Assembly: GCA_001642005.1 (NCBI GenBank)
Contig: LWCA01000294.1
Span: 1-33,253 of the forward strand
Source of the DNA: Intoshia linei
Taxonomy: Eukaryota > Animalia > Orthonectida
Direction: 5' to 3'
DNA: 33,253 bases
Position numbers and translations under genes: made by a program. The number at the start of each line of letters is the position of its first letter. Position 1 is the stretch's first letter. Under the pieces are notes generated by a model. The model saw only the letters and a program-made list of their open reading frames with translations, was not told the origin of the DNA and made no database searches. This document shows positions 32,992 through 33,253 of this stretch, piece after piece.

Positions 32992-33253
32992 TCCTAACTT
33001 ATATATAAGGCGACGCGATTTTTGTTTGTCTGTCTGTGTGTTTTACTTTAATGAAATAACTAGCACTCTTAGAATTTTTTAAAGACCACATTTCAATTAC
33101 AGTTTTTTCTGGGACGTATAATATTATAAATTTCAACCTCCAATTTCACATCTTAAGAGTCAAAAACCCCTGTTGTCCCTCCTTTTAAAAATTAAACATG
33201 TTGGAGAATTTAAAAAAATATACACGCTGATGCGGATTTTAAAATCATAAACA
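32992..33253 (+). mobile_element. Helitron copy H6, 5' end (runs off the window)
   Basis: A|TCCTAACTTATATATAAG...TGTTTGTCTGTCTGTGTG, then sequence that is the reverse complement of H2/H5. Confidence 0.75.

Noticed and set aside
1-33253. CRISPR arrays, prokaryotic operons, tRNA or rRNA genes
   Set aside because: The DNA is eukaryotic and intron-containing; no regularly spaced repeats or tRNA/rRNA signatures were seen.

Overview
Very AT-rich, gene-dense animal (metazoan) genomic DNA with minimal spliceosomal GT-AG introns of about 35-46 nt and a few long introns inflated by DNA transposons. The style suggests a reduced parasite such as an orthonectid (Intoshia-like); this is an inference only. 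Hand-splicing recovers eight genes: SPECC1/cytospin (-), EDEM3 (+), a PPP1R15/GADD34-CReP homologue (-) whose diagnostic exon is missing from the ORF track, CFAP298 (+), BRD8 (-) with a degenerate bromodomain, intronless CDC40/PRP17 (+), a very divergent MMS19 (-) and a CARD-coiled-coil gene (+). Introns and intergenic DNA carry a non-autonomous Helitron family (about 7 copies or fragments), Buster-type hAT MITEs, Tc1, pogo, MULE-like and piggyBac-like relics. The most striking unexplained feature lies between the convergent stress genes EDEM3 and PPP1R15: a 55-bp cluster of five bZIP (AP-1/CRE/C/EBP-ATF) sites, a TATA-like box and a candidate spliced 30-aa micro-gene. PPP1R15 also has a 5' uORF/retained-intron switch. 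Together these suggest a compact integrated-stress-response module.
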